A model generated the notes under the pieces. That model was given only the letters and a program-made list of their open reading frames with translations. It did not search any database and was not told the origin of the DNA. From an uncultured Gammaproteobacteria bacterium (GTDB taxonomy: Bacteria; Pseudomonadota; Gammaproteobacteria; CAWCPV01), in the NCBI GenBank assembly GCA_963797555.1, contig CAWCPV010000004.1, positions 480,001 to 544,000 of the forward strand: a DNA stretch of 64,000 nucleotides, in the 5' to 3' direction. The position numbers and the translations under genes were made by a program. Positions within the stretch are counted from its first letter, which is position 1, and each line of letters starts with the position of its first letter. Positions 12,385-23,946 of the stretch are shown here, piece after piece.

Positions 12385-13917
12385 ATGGAAACAAGCTCCA
12401 GCCTGAGCCCCAAGCCGCTGCCGCCGCTCGCCGAGCCCCTGAAGGGTAACGGGCGGCGCATGCTGCTGATAGACGACGATCAGATCGATCGGGAGCTGGC
12501 CAAGCTCATCGTTGGGCGTGAGATGCCCGACGTGCAAGTGATCGAGATAACGGATGCCATCGGTTTCGGCGAGGCATTGGTCAGAGGCGATTTCAACGTC
12601 GTCGTTACGGAGTACCGCCTCTCTTACACCGACGGGCTGGCGATCCTGGAAACCGTGAAGAGCCGATATCCTGAGTGCCCGGTGGTGATGTTCACCGCCA
12701 CCGGTCCGGAAGACGTCGCCGCGAAGGCGATCAAGCTCGGGCTGGACGACTATGTGCTGAAGTCTCGCAAGGAGTTTCTGCGGCTTCCGAGCACCCTCGC
12801 GCAGGCGCTGGCGCGTGCCAATCTGCGTCAGCAGGCTCAGCAGTGGATGGCGCCCGTGCAGGCCCTGCTGGAGCGCTCCGCCGTAGGGACCTTTCGGGCC
12901 ACGCTCGCGGGCCGCTTGCTCGACGCCAACCAGACCCTGCTGCGGCTGCTGGGCGTAAACACCTTGCATCAAGCGCAGGGCCTCGATCTGCACAGCCTCT
13001 ACTTGGTTCCCGACAAGCAGCCGGCCGCGTCGGAACAGCTCAAGGAGAGCGGCTATCTGCGCTACCCACAGCTCGAGCTGCGGCGCCCGGACGGCGTCCA
13101 CCTGTGGGTATCGGTCACCGAGATGATCATGACCAGTCCCGGTGCTGTGGAGACCGTGGTGTACGGTCTGATGCAGGACGTCACTGCGCAGCGGGGAGCC
13201 GAGGACGAGCTGGCCCACAAGACGGAGCAACTGGCGAGATCGAACGCCGACTTGGAACAGTTCGCCTATGTCGCCTCTCACGAGCTGCAGGAGCCGCTTC
13301 GGATGGTGGCGCGCTACACCGAGATGCTGGCCCAACGCTACCAAGGCAAGCTCGACACCGATGCGGATCGCTTCATTGGCTATGCGGTGGACGGCGTGCA
13401 CCGGATGCAGCAACTCGTGGACGATCTGCTTACCTACTCGCGGGTGGGGACGCGAGGGAGGCCCTTCCAGACGACCCACACCGAAGCGGTGCTGAACGAG
13501 GCTGTCCGTCAACTGAAAGCGGGCATCGACGCGAGTGGTGCGGTGATCACGCACGACTCGCTGCCCACGGTGGTGGCTGATGAGGCACAGATGGTGCAGT
13601 TGTTCCAGAATCTGCTCGGCAACGCCATCAAGTTCCGCCGTGAGGAGACGCCGCGCGTGCACATCTCCGCCGAGCTAACGGGGCGTGACTGGGTGTTCGC
13701 ATTTGAGGACAATGGCATTGGTATCGAGCCCCAGGATAGCGAGCGCATCTTCGGCATCTTCCAGCGAGCGCAGACGACTGGCGGGCCTGGGGGCACGGGA
13801 ATCGGACTGGCGCTGTGCAAGAGGATCTTGGACCGGCACGCAGGTCGTATCTGGGTGGAATCGCGGCCCGGCGAGGGCTCCGTCTTCAAGTTCGCCGTAC
13901 CGGTACGGGCAACTTGA
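12385..13917 (+). CDS. Hybrid REC-PAS histidine kinase
   Basis: N-terminal receiver-like domain, FAYVASHELQEPL H-box, NLLGNAIKF, DNGIG, GTGIGL. Confidence 0.92.
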   Translation: METSSSLSPKPLPPLAEPLKGNGRRMLLIDDDQIDRELAKLIVGREMPDVQVIEITDAIGFGEALVRGDFNVVVTEYRLSYTDGLAILETVKSRYPECPVVMFTATGPEDVAAKAIKLGLDDYVLKSRKEFLRLPSTLAQALARANLRQQAQQWMAPVQALLERSAVGTFRATLAGRLLDANQTLLRLLGVNTLHQAQGLDLHSLYLVPDKQPAASEQLKESGYLRYPQLELRRPDGVHLWVSVTEMIMTSPGAVETVVYGLMQDVTAQRGAEDELAHKTEQLARSNADLEQFAYVASHELQEPLRMVARYTEMLAQRYQGKLDTDADRFIGYAVDGVHRMQQLVDDLLTYSRVGTRGRPFQTTHTEAVLNEAVRQLKAGIDASGAVITHDSLPTVVADEAQMVQLFQNLLGNAIKFRREETPRVHISAELTGRDWVFAFEDNGIGIEPQDSERIFGIFQRAQTTGGPGGTGIGLALCKRILDRHAGRIWVESRPGEGSVFKFAVPVRAT

Positions 13918-14074
13918 TGTTGCCTCGCTCGCCACGCCCCCGAAGCGGCCGTGCGGGCTATGATCGCGCCGATGAAAGGAATACCGGTCCCCTCCCGACC
14001 GCAATGCAGCGCACTCGGGTCGGCCGATGGTGGACGCCCTGCATACCGGTAGACGGCAGCCGAAGGGAGCGCAG

Positions 14075-16181
14075 ATGTCAACGGAAACGACTAAAGCATT
14101 GCTGGTCGAGGACAACCCCGGTGATGCCGATCTGGTGCGCGACATGCTGGCGCAGGTCCCGGGTACACAGTTCGATGTCGTCTGGGCGGACACTCTCGCG
14201 AAGGGGCTGGCGGCGCTGGACCGGGGTGGTATCGAGATCGTCCTGCTGGACCTGTCTCTTCCTGACTGCCGCGGGATCGAGACCTTCGAACGCGCTTACC
14301 AAAGGGCCCCGCAAGTTCCGTTCATCGTGTTGACCGGTCTGGCCGACGAGGATCTGGCCGCGACCGCGGTACGCCGGGGTGCGCAGGACTATCTGAACAA
14401 GAGGGACGTTCGCAGCGATCTGCTGGGGCGGGCGATCCGCTATGCCCTGGAGCGGCAGCAGGCGGCAAAGGCGCTGCGGGAGAGCGAAGAGCGGTATGCT
14501 CTGGCCACGCGCGGCGCGAACGACGGGTTGTGGGACTGGGACCTCAAGACAGACACGGTGTATTACTCCCCGCGCTGGAAATCGATGCTGGGCTATCGGG
14601 AGGAGGAGATCGGAACCTCGAAGGAGGAGTGGCTCGGCAGGGTGCACCCGGGGGATAGGGTGCAGATGGAGGTGAACATGGATGCCCATCTGAAAGGAGA
14701 GTTTCCGCACTTCGAGAACGAGCACCGGATGTTGCACAAGGACGGCTCGCACCGCTGGATGCTCGCCCGCGGACTCGCCATTCATGACGCGACCGGGCGA
14801 CCTTCCCGGATGGCGGGATCTCAGACCGACATCTCGGAACGCAAGAACGCCGAGGGCAGATTGCAATACGTTGCCTTCCACGACCGTCCTGACCGGGCTG
14901 CCCAACCGAGCCCTATTCATGGACCGGCTTCAGCATGCCCTGGTGCGGGGAGCGAGGCACCAGGACCACAGCTTCGGTGTGTTGTTCCTGGACTTGGACC
15001 GTTTCAAGGTCATCAACGACAGTCTCGGGCACTTCATCGGCGATCAGTTGCTCGCGGCGGTGGCACGCCGCATCGAGTCTTGTCTGCGGCCGGGGGATAC
15101 GGTGGCACGCCTCGGTGGCGATGAGTTCGCCGTCCTGCTCGAGGACGTGGACGGGAGCCCAGGCGCGACTCGAGTGGCCGAGCGCATCCAATTCCAACTG
15201 GCGAGGCCGTTTCTGCTCGAAGGGCACGAGGTCTTCGCCACGGCCAGCACCGGAATCGCCATGAGCCGAGCCGGCTACCACCAGCCAGAGGACCTGCTGC
15301 GCGATGCAGACCTGGCCATGTATCGAGCTAAGTCACTCGGGAAGGCGCGTTACATCCTGTTCGATGCGGACATGCATACGCGCGCCCTGCAACAGGTCGA
15401 GTTGGAGACCGACCTGCGGCGCGCTTGGGACCGTGGCGAGTTCCGCATCCACTATCAGCCGCTGATCTCGCTGGAGAACGGCGCCATTGCCGGTTTCGAG
15501 GCGCTGGTGCGCTGGCAGCATCCGCAGCGGGGGCTCCTCCATCCGGCCGAGTTCATCACGGTCGCCGAGGAGACCGGACTCATCATGGACATCGATCGAT
15601 GGGTCTTGCGCGAGTCCTGCCGTCAGATCGAGGCCTGGCAACATCGTTTCCCCCGAGAGACACCCATCGCCGTCTCCGTCAACCTTTCCGGGAAGCATTT
15701 CTCGCAGCCTCAGCTCGTCGCTCAGGTCCAGCAGGTCCTTCAGCAAACCAAGCTGGAGAAGGGAAGCCTGTGCATCGAGATCACCGAGAGCGTCCTCATG
15801 GAGAACCCCGAATTGGCCATTGTGGCGCTATCCCACCTGCGCAACCTCGGCGTCCGGGTGTGTCTGGATGACTTCGGCACGGGCTACTCATCCCTCAGCT
15901 ACTTGTGCAGGTTTCCAGCGGATGCGGTCAAGATCGACCGCTCCTTCGTGGCGCAAATCACCTCCCAGCAGACGAAGAACGTGGGAATCGTGAAAGCCAT
16001 CGTGATGCTGGCCAAGACTCTCGGAATGCGGGTCGTCGCCGAAGGTGTGGAGACGGAGGAGCAGTTGGCCCAGCTCAGCGCGCTGGGCTGCGACTATGCC
16101 CAGGGCTATCTCTTTGTGGAGCCGGTCGACGCACAGTCCATCTCCATGCTGGAGTCCGACCGGAACTGGTTGAACGGCTGA
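14075..16181 (+). CDS. REC-PAS-GGDEF-EAL protein with a frameshift at about 14885
   Basis: LLVEDN..LLDL, PAS, then LTGLPNR, RPGD..RLGGDEF, FEALVRW, DDFGTGYSS in the second frame. Confidence 0.88.
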
Positions 16182-16261
16182 GGGTCATCGACTTGCGCCG
16201 CGTGCTGCAGCTCGCGGCCCCGCTGTATGCGATCCCCGTCTCCCCGACGGACCGCCGGTCT

Positions 16262-17542
16262 TCAGCTCCGAAATCCGCTGGCAATCAGCTCTTGTGGACC
16301 GATCCCGTATTGGGCGGCACGGACCGCCGACTTTATCGTTATCGGCTTCACCGACGCAGAGCCCTGCATAGCGCGCAGATCCACCGTGGTCACCGCTGCG
16401 TAGCGCTGTCCTTGTGCGTCGACCAGCAGTCGCACCGTCGGGAGCAGCCGATACTGCGGGTGGGAAGCGACAACGACGCCGATGTCGCCCGTATCGAGCT
16501 CTACGATGCTGCCCACGGGATATATTCCGATGGACTCGATGAATTGGCCCACGAGAACCTCGCTGAAGAAAAGCTTGCGCAGCGAGTGCAGCGTCCCGAG
16601 GGCCTGGTAGGGCGCCACCCCTTCCCGCCACGGCCGGTCCGTGGTGAGCGCGTCGTAGGTGTCGACGATGCCGCCGATGATCCCATACAGCCCGATGTCT
16701 TTTCCTTGTAGGCCGCGGGGATAGCCGGTCCCGTCAGAGCGTTCGTGGTGGTCTCGAACGAGGTCCAGCGCGGCCGCAGGGATGCCCGGAGTGTCCTCCA
16801 GGATGTGGACGCCCTCCATGACATGGCTCCTGAGGAGATCCGACTGGTCCGGTGTCAACTTGCCCGGCTGGTCGAATATCTCCTTGGGTAACCTCGTGTA
16901 GCCTACGTCGTGCAGAAGGGCTCCTAGCCCAAGGGTATGCAGCCCGCTCGGGGCAAGTCCCAGGTAGCGGCCAAAAACGAGGGCAAAGATACACACATTG
17001 ATGGAGTGCAGCTCCAGGTAACGACCCTGGGCCCGAAGCTGGGTGAGAAAAACCATCGCATCCGGGTTCCGCAGGACGCTTTCCGCAATGTCACCCACAA
17101 GCTGCTTGACAGCGGGGGCATCGATGCTCTTCCCCAACCGCACGTCCTCCAGCACATGGTTGACGACGGCCCTGGTATCGCGATGCAGGTCGAAGGCAAA
17201 TTCGACCTCCTGTTCCATGGGCACCCGGTGCGGGAAAGCGCCGCCGTCCGCCGCGACGGATTGCTCCGTACCCCCGCTCGGTGTGACCACGGGGCGCTGC
17301 CGAACCCGCGTGACGATGCGTCGGGTCTCTCGACGCTCAACGTCCGAGCCGGATTCGTCGATGTCGTCGCCGCGCTCCGGGTCGATGTACACATGTTCGC
17401 AGTGTCGACGAAGCTCCTCGATCTCGTCTTCGCCGCGTATGACGAAACCTTGCAGGAGAAAGGGCGTGTCGAGCCACGGGCGGTCCAGCCGCGACACGAA
17501 CAGCCCCGGCCTCAACTGCGATGTGTCGACCAGCTTCTCCAT
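16262..17542 (-). CDS. HD-GYP phosphodiesterase with DUF3391-like N-terminus
   Basis: LRPGLFVSRLDRPWLDTPF, LLHDVG, HHERSDGTGYPRGL. Confidence 0.92.
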   Translation of the reverse strand: MEKLVDTSQLRPGLFVSRLDRPWLDTPFLLQGFVIRGEDEIEELRRHCEHVYIDPERGDDIDESGSDVERRETRRIVTRVRQRPVVTPSGGTEQSVAADGGAFPHRVPMEQEVEFAFDLHRDTRAVVNHVLEDVRLGKSIDAPAVKQLVGDIAESVLRNPDAMVFLTQLRAQGRYLELHSINVCIFALVFGRYLGLAPSGLHTLGLGALLHDVGYTRLPKEIFDQPGKLTPDQSDLLRSHVMEGVHILEDTPGIPAAALDLVRDHHERSDGTGYPRGLQGKDIGLYGIIGGIVDTYDALTTDRPWREGVAPYQALGTLHSLRKLFFSEVLVGQFIESIGIYPVGSIVELDTGDIGVVVASHPQYRLLPTVRLLVDAQGQRYAAVTTVDLRAMQGSASVKPITIKSAVRAAQYGIGPQELIASGFRS

Positions 17543-17622
17543 GACTAAACTCTCCCTGCGGCGCCGGCGGCGAGCACCAGATTCTGCCTGCCGCGGGAAT
17601 GCCGCCGCGTTTGTTGCGCTCA

Positions 17623-17747
17623 GAGCGTGTGAATAAATTGCCGTGGCCCCTGCCGCTCTCTCATCAGGGCGCGTGACAAGCCGATCGCAGGGCCGGATCG
17701 ATCGGCGGGCGGGATAAATCCCCTCCCTGTGGGTTTTTTACAAGCTC
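17623..17747. mobile_element. 125-bp MITE with GAGC.TGT ends flanked by TCA direct repeats
   Basis: tca|GAGCGTGTGAATAAAT ... TTTTTACAAGCTC|tca; ends resemble those of 62472-62686. Confidence 0.65.
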
Positions 17748-18185
17748 TCAGTCCCAAGAGACCGAGCATGCATGGTAGACAGCCGCATGCTATCCGGCGC
17801 CAAAAGCGGTCTGTGCGTCCCATAGGGGTGCAGCATGCCGGTCGTCTCGAGCCGTCCCATGTGATTCAGCAAAGTCAAACACAAAGGACAGGGCAGTTCA
17901 AGCCGTGAGTGGAGCGCACGCCGCCCTGCCTCAGCCCCTGTCGCGCGCCCGATTATGCCGCGCGGAGGGTGGTACGGTCTGCAGGTTTCGGGTCAAGAGC
18001 TTGGCGGTTACGGGAAGCCGCCAGGGCGGTGGCGTGCGCCGGCTGGCGTGCCGCGCGTCTGACCAGGCGTCCACATCTAGGCCGGGGCGAGACGCGGAGG
18101 CCGCCTCAGTCGTGAGGTCTGCATCGGCTCCAAGCGGCAGCGCCTCAGACCGCCTTTCGGCGGGGTGCGGGGTCCGGTCGCAAGC

Positions 18186-18446
18186 CTAACGGCTCACGGT
18201 CTCGCAGACCTTCTCGATGGCGCCGGGGCGTATCACCCAACGGCAGTTCTTACCGCACTCGTAGTCCCCTTTGCCGACGGCATGGAGGAATGTCAGGACC
18301 GCTATCGCCATCTTGCGGCAATCTTGGAGACTCGCGTGGGTTCCGACGTATTGGTAGACCTGGTTGTCCGTCCGATCAGGCTGCACAAAGCCCTCCCACT
18401 GGTCGTCCGAGCATCCTACGGCGAGCGCCGCGGTGAGGCATAGCAC
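18186..18446 (-). CDS. Small putative lipoprotein
   Basis: Lipobox-like LAVGC, then SDDQWEGFVQPD, YECGKNC. Confidence 0.55.
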   Translation of the reverse strand: MLCLTAALAVGCSDDQWEGFVQPDRTDNQVYQYVGTHASLQDCRKMAIAVLTFLHAVGKGDYECGKNCRWVIRPGAIEKVCETVSR

Positions 18447-18531
18447 CGATGCTCCGCCAGCCCGACGAACTGGCTGGTTTGCATCGCGACGGGCGCCCGG
18501 CAGGCCGCGCGGGTGTGCCCCGCCCCGGGGT

Positions 18532-20635
18532 CTAGCGGCGCCCTAGGACGCCGGGGACGAGCTTGGGGTCGACGGGAGCGTAGTGACTGACCTCGATGGA
18601 GAAGAGCCCCCGTCCCTGGGTGGCCGAGCGCAGGTCGGTCGCGTAATTGAACATCTCGGCCAACGGCACTTGGGCGCGGATCGTCTGGACACCGCCGGGT
18701 CCGGGCTCCGAAGCCGTGATATCGCAGCGGCGGGCTGCGAGCTGACCCAGGACGTCCCCGAGGTACTCCTCCGGGACCACGACCTCGAGCTTCACGATCG
18801 GCTCCAAGAGCAAGCTGCCGCCTTCCTCTAGACCGTGACGCATCGCCACGGCCGCAGCGCTCCGGAAGGCCAGGTCGCTGGAGTCCACCGGATGGAAGGA
18901 CCCGTCGTACAGGCGCACGGCCACGTCAGTTACCGCATAACCGCCCAGGATACCGTTCGCGGCAGCGTCCCGAACGCCCTTCTCCACGGCCGGGATGAAC
19001 TGCTGCGGGATGGCGCCGGCCTTGATGGCGCTTTCGAACAGCAGCCCGGAGCCGGCCGCCCCGGCCTCCAGCGCCAGGACCACGTGTCCATACTGGCCGT
19101 GGCCGCCGCTCTGCCGGACATGCCGCCCCTCGGCGCGAGGCACGGCGCGCGCCAGGGTTTCCTTGTAGGTGACGTGCGGACGCCCCATGTTGACCTGGAC
19201 ACCGTGCTCCCGGCGCACGCGGTCCATCAGAACCTCCAAGTGCAGCTCTCCCATACCTGCTACCACCGTCTGGCCGCTGTCCTCGTCCGTCGTCACCAGA
19301 AACGTCGGATCCTCTTCGGTCAGCGTGCGGAGTGCCGTCGCCACGCGCTCCGCGTCGGCCTGGGTGCGAGGCTCGACCGCGACGCGCACCACAGGCTCCG
19401 GGAAGCTGATGCTCTCGAGCAGCACCGGACGGTCCTGCGCGCACAGCGTATCCCCGGTGGACACCCCCTTCATCCCCAGGGCGGCGGCGATGTCGCCGGC
19501 CTGTACCTCCTCGATGTCTTCGCGTTCATCGGCATACATGCGCACCAGGCGGCCGATGCGCTCTCGGCGGTCGCGGGTGGCGTTGAGCACCGACACGCCG
19601 CTTGCCAGCGTGCCGGAATAGACCCGCAGGTAGGTCAGGTGGCCGGAGTACGGGTCCGCGGCGACCTTGAAAGCGAGCGCCGCCAGCGGCTCCCGCGGGT
19701 CGGGCTTGCGCTGGATCTGGCGCCCGTCGCGAGGATCCGTACCGGTGACGGCGCCAACGTCGATGGGGGAGGGGAGATAGTCCACCACTGCGTCCAGCAA
19801 CGGCTGGATGCCCTTGTTGTGCAGCGCGGAGCCGCACAGCACCGGAAACAAGCGGTTACCGATGGTCGCCCGGCGCAGGGCGGCGGTCAGCAGCGCGGTT
19901 TCCACCGGCTGACCCTCCAGGTAGGGCGCCAGGATCGTCGTCGTCGACCTCTGCCACCTGCTCGATCAGCTCGGCCCGCGCCCGCTCCGCTGCCTCACGG
20001 AGATGCTCGGGGACCTCGGTGACGACGGGCGGGGTGTCCGGCTCTGCCGCCCAGCGGATGGCCCGCATCTGCGCCAGGTCGACGACGCCCTCGAAGGCTC
20101 CTTCGGCCCCAATGGCGAGCTGCAGGGCCACCGCGTTCGCGCCGAGGCGGCTGCGCAAGCTCCTGAGCGCACGCTGGAAGTCGGCGCCGACCCGGTCCAT
20201 CTTGTTGACGAAGCAGAGGCGCGGTACCTTGAAGCGGTCCGCCTGCCGCCAGACCGTCTCGCTCTGGGGCTCGACGCCGTGTACGGCATCCAGCACCACC
20301 ACGCCGCTGTCCAGAACCCGCAATGCCCGCTGCACCTCCGCGGTGAAATCGATGTGCCCGGGGGTGTCGATGAGGTTGATCCGGTGCCCTCGCCACTCCG
20401 TGCTCACCGCGGCGAATACGATGGTGATGCCGCGCTCGCGCTCCTGGACCATCCAGTCGGTGACCGTGGTGCCGTCGTCCACCTCCCCCAGACGGTGGGT
20501 GCGCCCGCTGTAGAACAGGATGCGCTCCGTGACGGTGGTCTTGCCTGCATCGATGTGGGCGATGACGCCGATGTTCCGGATATGATCGATCGGCGTGCTG
20601 GCCGCGCCGGCGTCGGTGCGCGCATGTCTGGTCAC
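18532..20635 (-). CDS. fusA: Elongation factor G paralog with a frameshift at about 19930
   Basis: [50 protein letters not shown]. Confidence 0.88.
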
Positions 20636-20853
20636 GGCATGGGTCTCGGTGATGGTGCGCGGGAGGAGGGGTCGAGCCTTGCTTGAACCGGTCCGATCTT
20701 AGCGCCTTTTCGCCACGGCCGGCGTCTAGTGTTGCAATCGCCTGTTTCTTGAAGCACGTCCCACAACGGTCTAAGATTTGAGCATCGCCGAATAGCGCGG
20801 CGGAAAGACCGCGCCCGACCTCGCCCTTGCATTCGAAGCTGCTGCAGTGACGG

Positions 20854-23401
20854 ATGGGGCGGGATCATGGGGGGCCCGTGCAGCCGATTCAGCAGTCTTT
20901 CCAGCCGCTGCACACCAGCACGTGGCCGCCGATTGTCGTTTTCTTGGTTCTGGCCGCGGCTATCGCGGGTCTGGCCTACGTCGTCTTCGACCGTGTGGAG
21001 CAGGGCGTCAGCGCACAGCAGCAGGCCCTGCTGGCCGCGATTGCGGACCTGAAGGTCCGCGAAACCGCTTCGTGGATGGCGGAACGGCGGGGAGACGCCA
21101 AGGTCCTCACCCGCGACTCATTCTTGGCGGAACAAGTCGAACGCTGGCTGCAACAAGGTGCTCCACCGGACGCGGTGAGTCAGAAGCTCGCGCGCCGGTT
21201 GGGGAGCATCCAGGAAGCTTACGGTTACCGGGGTGTGTCGCTGCTCGACGAGCGCGGCGAGCTGAAGCTCGGCGCGGGGGAAAGCGGCGGGCCGATGGAG
21301 CCGGAGGACAAGAGCTTGGCGCTGAGGGCCATCCACAGCGGCGCGGTGGTGACTTCGGGCCTCCATTGGGCCGGTGGGCGGGAGTCGCGCGGCATTGAAT
21401 TCGACTTGGTGGCGCCGCTGCTCCTGACCGACGGCGGCCACACACGCTCTGTGGGTGCCCTCGTGCTGTCGATCGACCCGCAGCGGTACCTTTACCCGCT
21501 CATCCAGTCGTGGCCGACGCCGAGCCTCAGCGCGGAGACGCTCCTGGTCCGACGGGAGGGCGACGAGGTCGTGTTCCTGAACGAGCTGCGTCACCGCGGG
21601 GGCACGGCCCTCAAATTCCGCCTGCCGGTCACTACCAGGAATTTGCCGGCAGCCTTGGGACTGCACGGGCGGGAAGGCGTATTCGAGGGCGCCGACTACC
21701 GCGGGGTCCCGGTGCTCGCGGCGGCGCGCAAGGTTCCGCAGACCCCGTGGACCCTCATCGCCAAGGTGGACCTGGCGGAGATATACGCCCCGATCCATGC
21801 ATTCGCCCTGGCGATGGCTGCCGTCACCGGCCTGCTCATCGCTGCAGCGGGCCTATCGACCGCCTGGTGGTGGCGACAGCAGGGCGCTCGTTACGAGGCG
21901 GCACGGTACCGGACGGAGATGGAACGGCGGGCACTGTCCGAGCACTTCGACTACCTTACCCGCTACGCCAACGACAGCGTGCTGCTGGCGGACGAGTTTC
22001 GCTGCATCATCGAGGTCAACGAGCGTGCCGTGGACACGTACGGCTACGCCCGCGACGAGCTGCTCGGCACGGATCTCCGCCGGCTTCGGACACCGGCCTC
22101 CCTTTCCGATGCGCACCCAGGGTTCCAGGACTTGGAGCTCGCGGGCGTCGTCTACGAGACGGTCCATCGGCGCAAGGACGGCACGACCTTCCCGGTCGAG
22201 GTCAGCGCACGCGGCATCGTGGTCGAGGGCGGGAAGTTCTACCAGCAGATCATCCGGGACATTACCGAGCGCAAGCGTGCCGAAGAGGCGGTGCGGGACA
22301 GCGAAGCGCTGTTTCGAGGCTACTTCGAGCGCGGGCTGATCGGAATGGCCATCACCTCTCCGCAGAAGGGCTGGGTCGAGGTCAACGACCGCCTGTGCGA
22401 GATGCTGGGCTACTCGCGGGACGAGTTGCGGACGATGACCTGGGCGCAGCTCACCTACCCCGATGACCTGGCGCCGAGTGTCGCCCAGTTCGACAGGGTC
22501 CTCGCCGCGGAGAGCGACGATTATCGGCTCGATGCGCGCTTCATTCACAAGGACGGGCGCGTGGTTCACACCAATCGCTCGGTAGGCTGCGTCCGAAACC
22601 CCGACGGGAGCGTTCACCACTTCGTCGTCTCGGTGCAGGATGTCACGGAGCGAAAGCGGGCCGAGGACGAGATCCGCAGGCTCAACGCCGAGCTGGAACA
22701 GCGCGTGGCGGAGCGCACGGCCCAGCTCGAAGCCGCCAACCAGGAGCTGGAAGCGTTCGCCTACTCGGTGTCCCACGATCTGCGCGGCCCGCTGCGCGCC
22801 ATCGACGGGTTCAGCCAGGCGCTGCTCGAGGACTACCCCGCCGCCCTGGATGCGCAGGGGCGGGAGTATCTGCAGCGGGTGAGGGCAGCGACCCAGCACA
22901 TGGGCCGCCTCATCGAAGATATCTTGAAGCTGTCGCGCGTCACGCGCAGCGAGATGAGCTGGGCGCCGGTGGATTCTGAGCGCCCTGGCAAGGGCCTGCG
23001 CTGGGGAGCTGCAGCAGAGCCAGCCGGAGCGGAACGTCGAGCTGGTGGTCGCGGACGGGGCCGTGGTCGAGGGCGACGCTCAGCTCCTGAGGGTGGTCCT
23101 GGATAACCTGTTGCGGAATGCGTGGAAGTTCACGGGCACCCACGCGCACGCGCGTATCGAGTTCGGCGTCACGCAGGTCGACGGCGCGCGGACCTTTTTC
23201 GTGCGCGACGACGGCGCGGGCTTCGATCCCACATACGCCCACAAGCTGTTCACGCCCTTTCAGAGGCTTCACTCCGACAGGGAGTTTCCCGGGACCGGCA
23301 TCGGCCTGGCGACCGTGCAGCGGGTGCTGCGGCGCCACGGCGGGCGTGCCTGGGCCGAAGGGGCCGTGGAGGGGGGCGCCACGTTTTATTTTTCGCTGTG
23401 A
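20854..23401 (+). CDS. Membrane Cache-like/PAS-PAS histidine kinase with a frameshift at about 22975
   Basis: TM-periplasmic-TM, two PAS domains, [13 protein letters not shown]; HATPase [20 protein letters not shown] in the next frame. Confidence 0.88.
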
Positions 23402-23407
23402 CCAGCG

Positions 23408-23477
23408 CTGATACGGCGCTTCGCTGCGTGGGTGCGCCTCGCTCTCGGGCCCCTTGCGACGATTTCTTCACATGCTC
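23408..23477 (-). repeat. Partial MITE copy
   Basis: Reverse complement GAGCATGTGAAGAAATCGTCGCAAGGGCCCGAGAGC resembles 62472 onward. Confidence 0.7.
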
Positions 23478-23490
23478 TGAGGAGGGCGAT

Positions 23491-23946
23491 GTGGACGCGC
23501 GGACCAAGGTGATACTGCTGGTGGAAGACAACCTCGACGACGTGGATCTGGCTCGGCGGGCATTCAAGAAAAGCAATCTGGTGAACGACATCGTGGTCGC
23601 CAGCGACGGGGTGGAGGCGCTGGACTACCTGTTCGGGAACGGCGCATTTGCGGGCCGCGACCCGAGCCTCATGCCCGCCATCGTCCTGTTGGACCTGAAG
23701 CTGCCCAAGGTGGATGGTCTGGAGGTGCTGCGCCGGTTGCGGGCCGACGAGCGGACCCGCTACGTCCCGGTGGTCATCCTGACCTCCTCGGCGGAGGAGC
23801 GGGATGTGGTCGAGAGCTACAAGCTGGGCTGTAACAGCTATATCCGCAAGCCGGTGGACTTCGTTCAGTTCACCGAAGCCGTGCATCAGCTCGGCCTCTA
23901 CTGGCTGCTCCTGAACGAGCCGCCGCCCGCTGCCGGTGGTGGCTGA
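23491..23946 (+). CDS. Single-domain response regulator (Rcp1-like)
   Basis: [34 protein letters not shown]. Confidence 0.93.
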   Translation: MDARTKVILLVEDNLDDVDLARRAFKKSNLVNDIVVASDGVEALDYLFGNGAFAGRDPSLMPAIVLLDLKLPKVDGLEVLRRLRADERTRYVPVVILTSSAEERDVVESYKLGCNSYIRKPVDFVQFTEAVHQLGLYWLLLNEPPPAAGGG

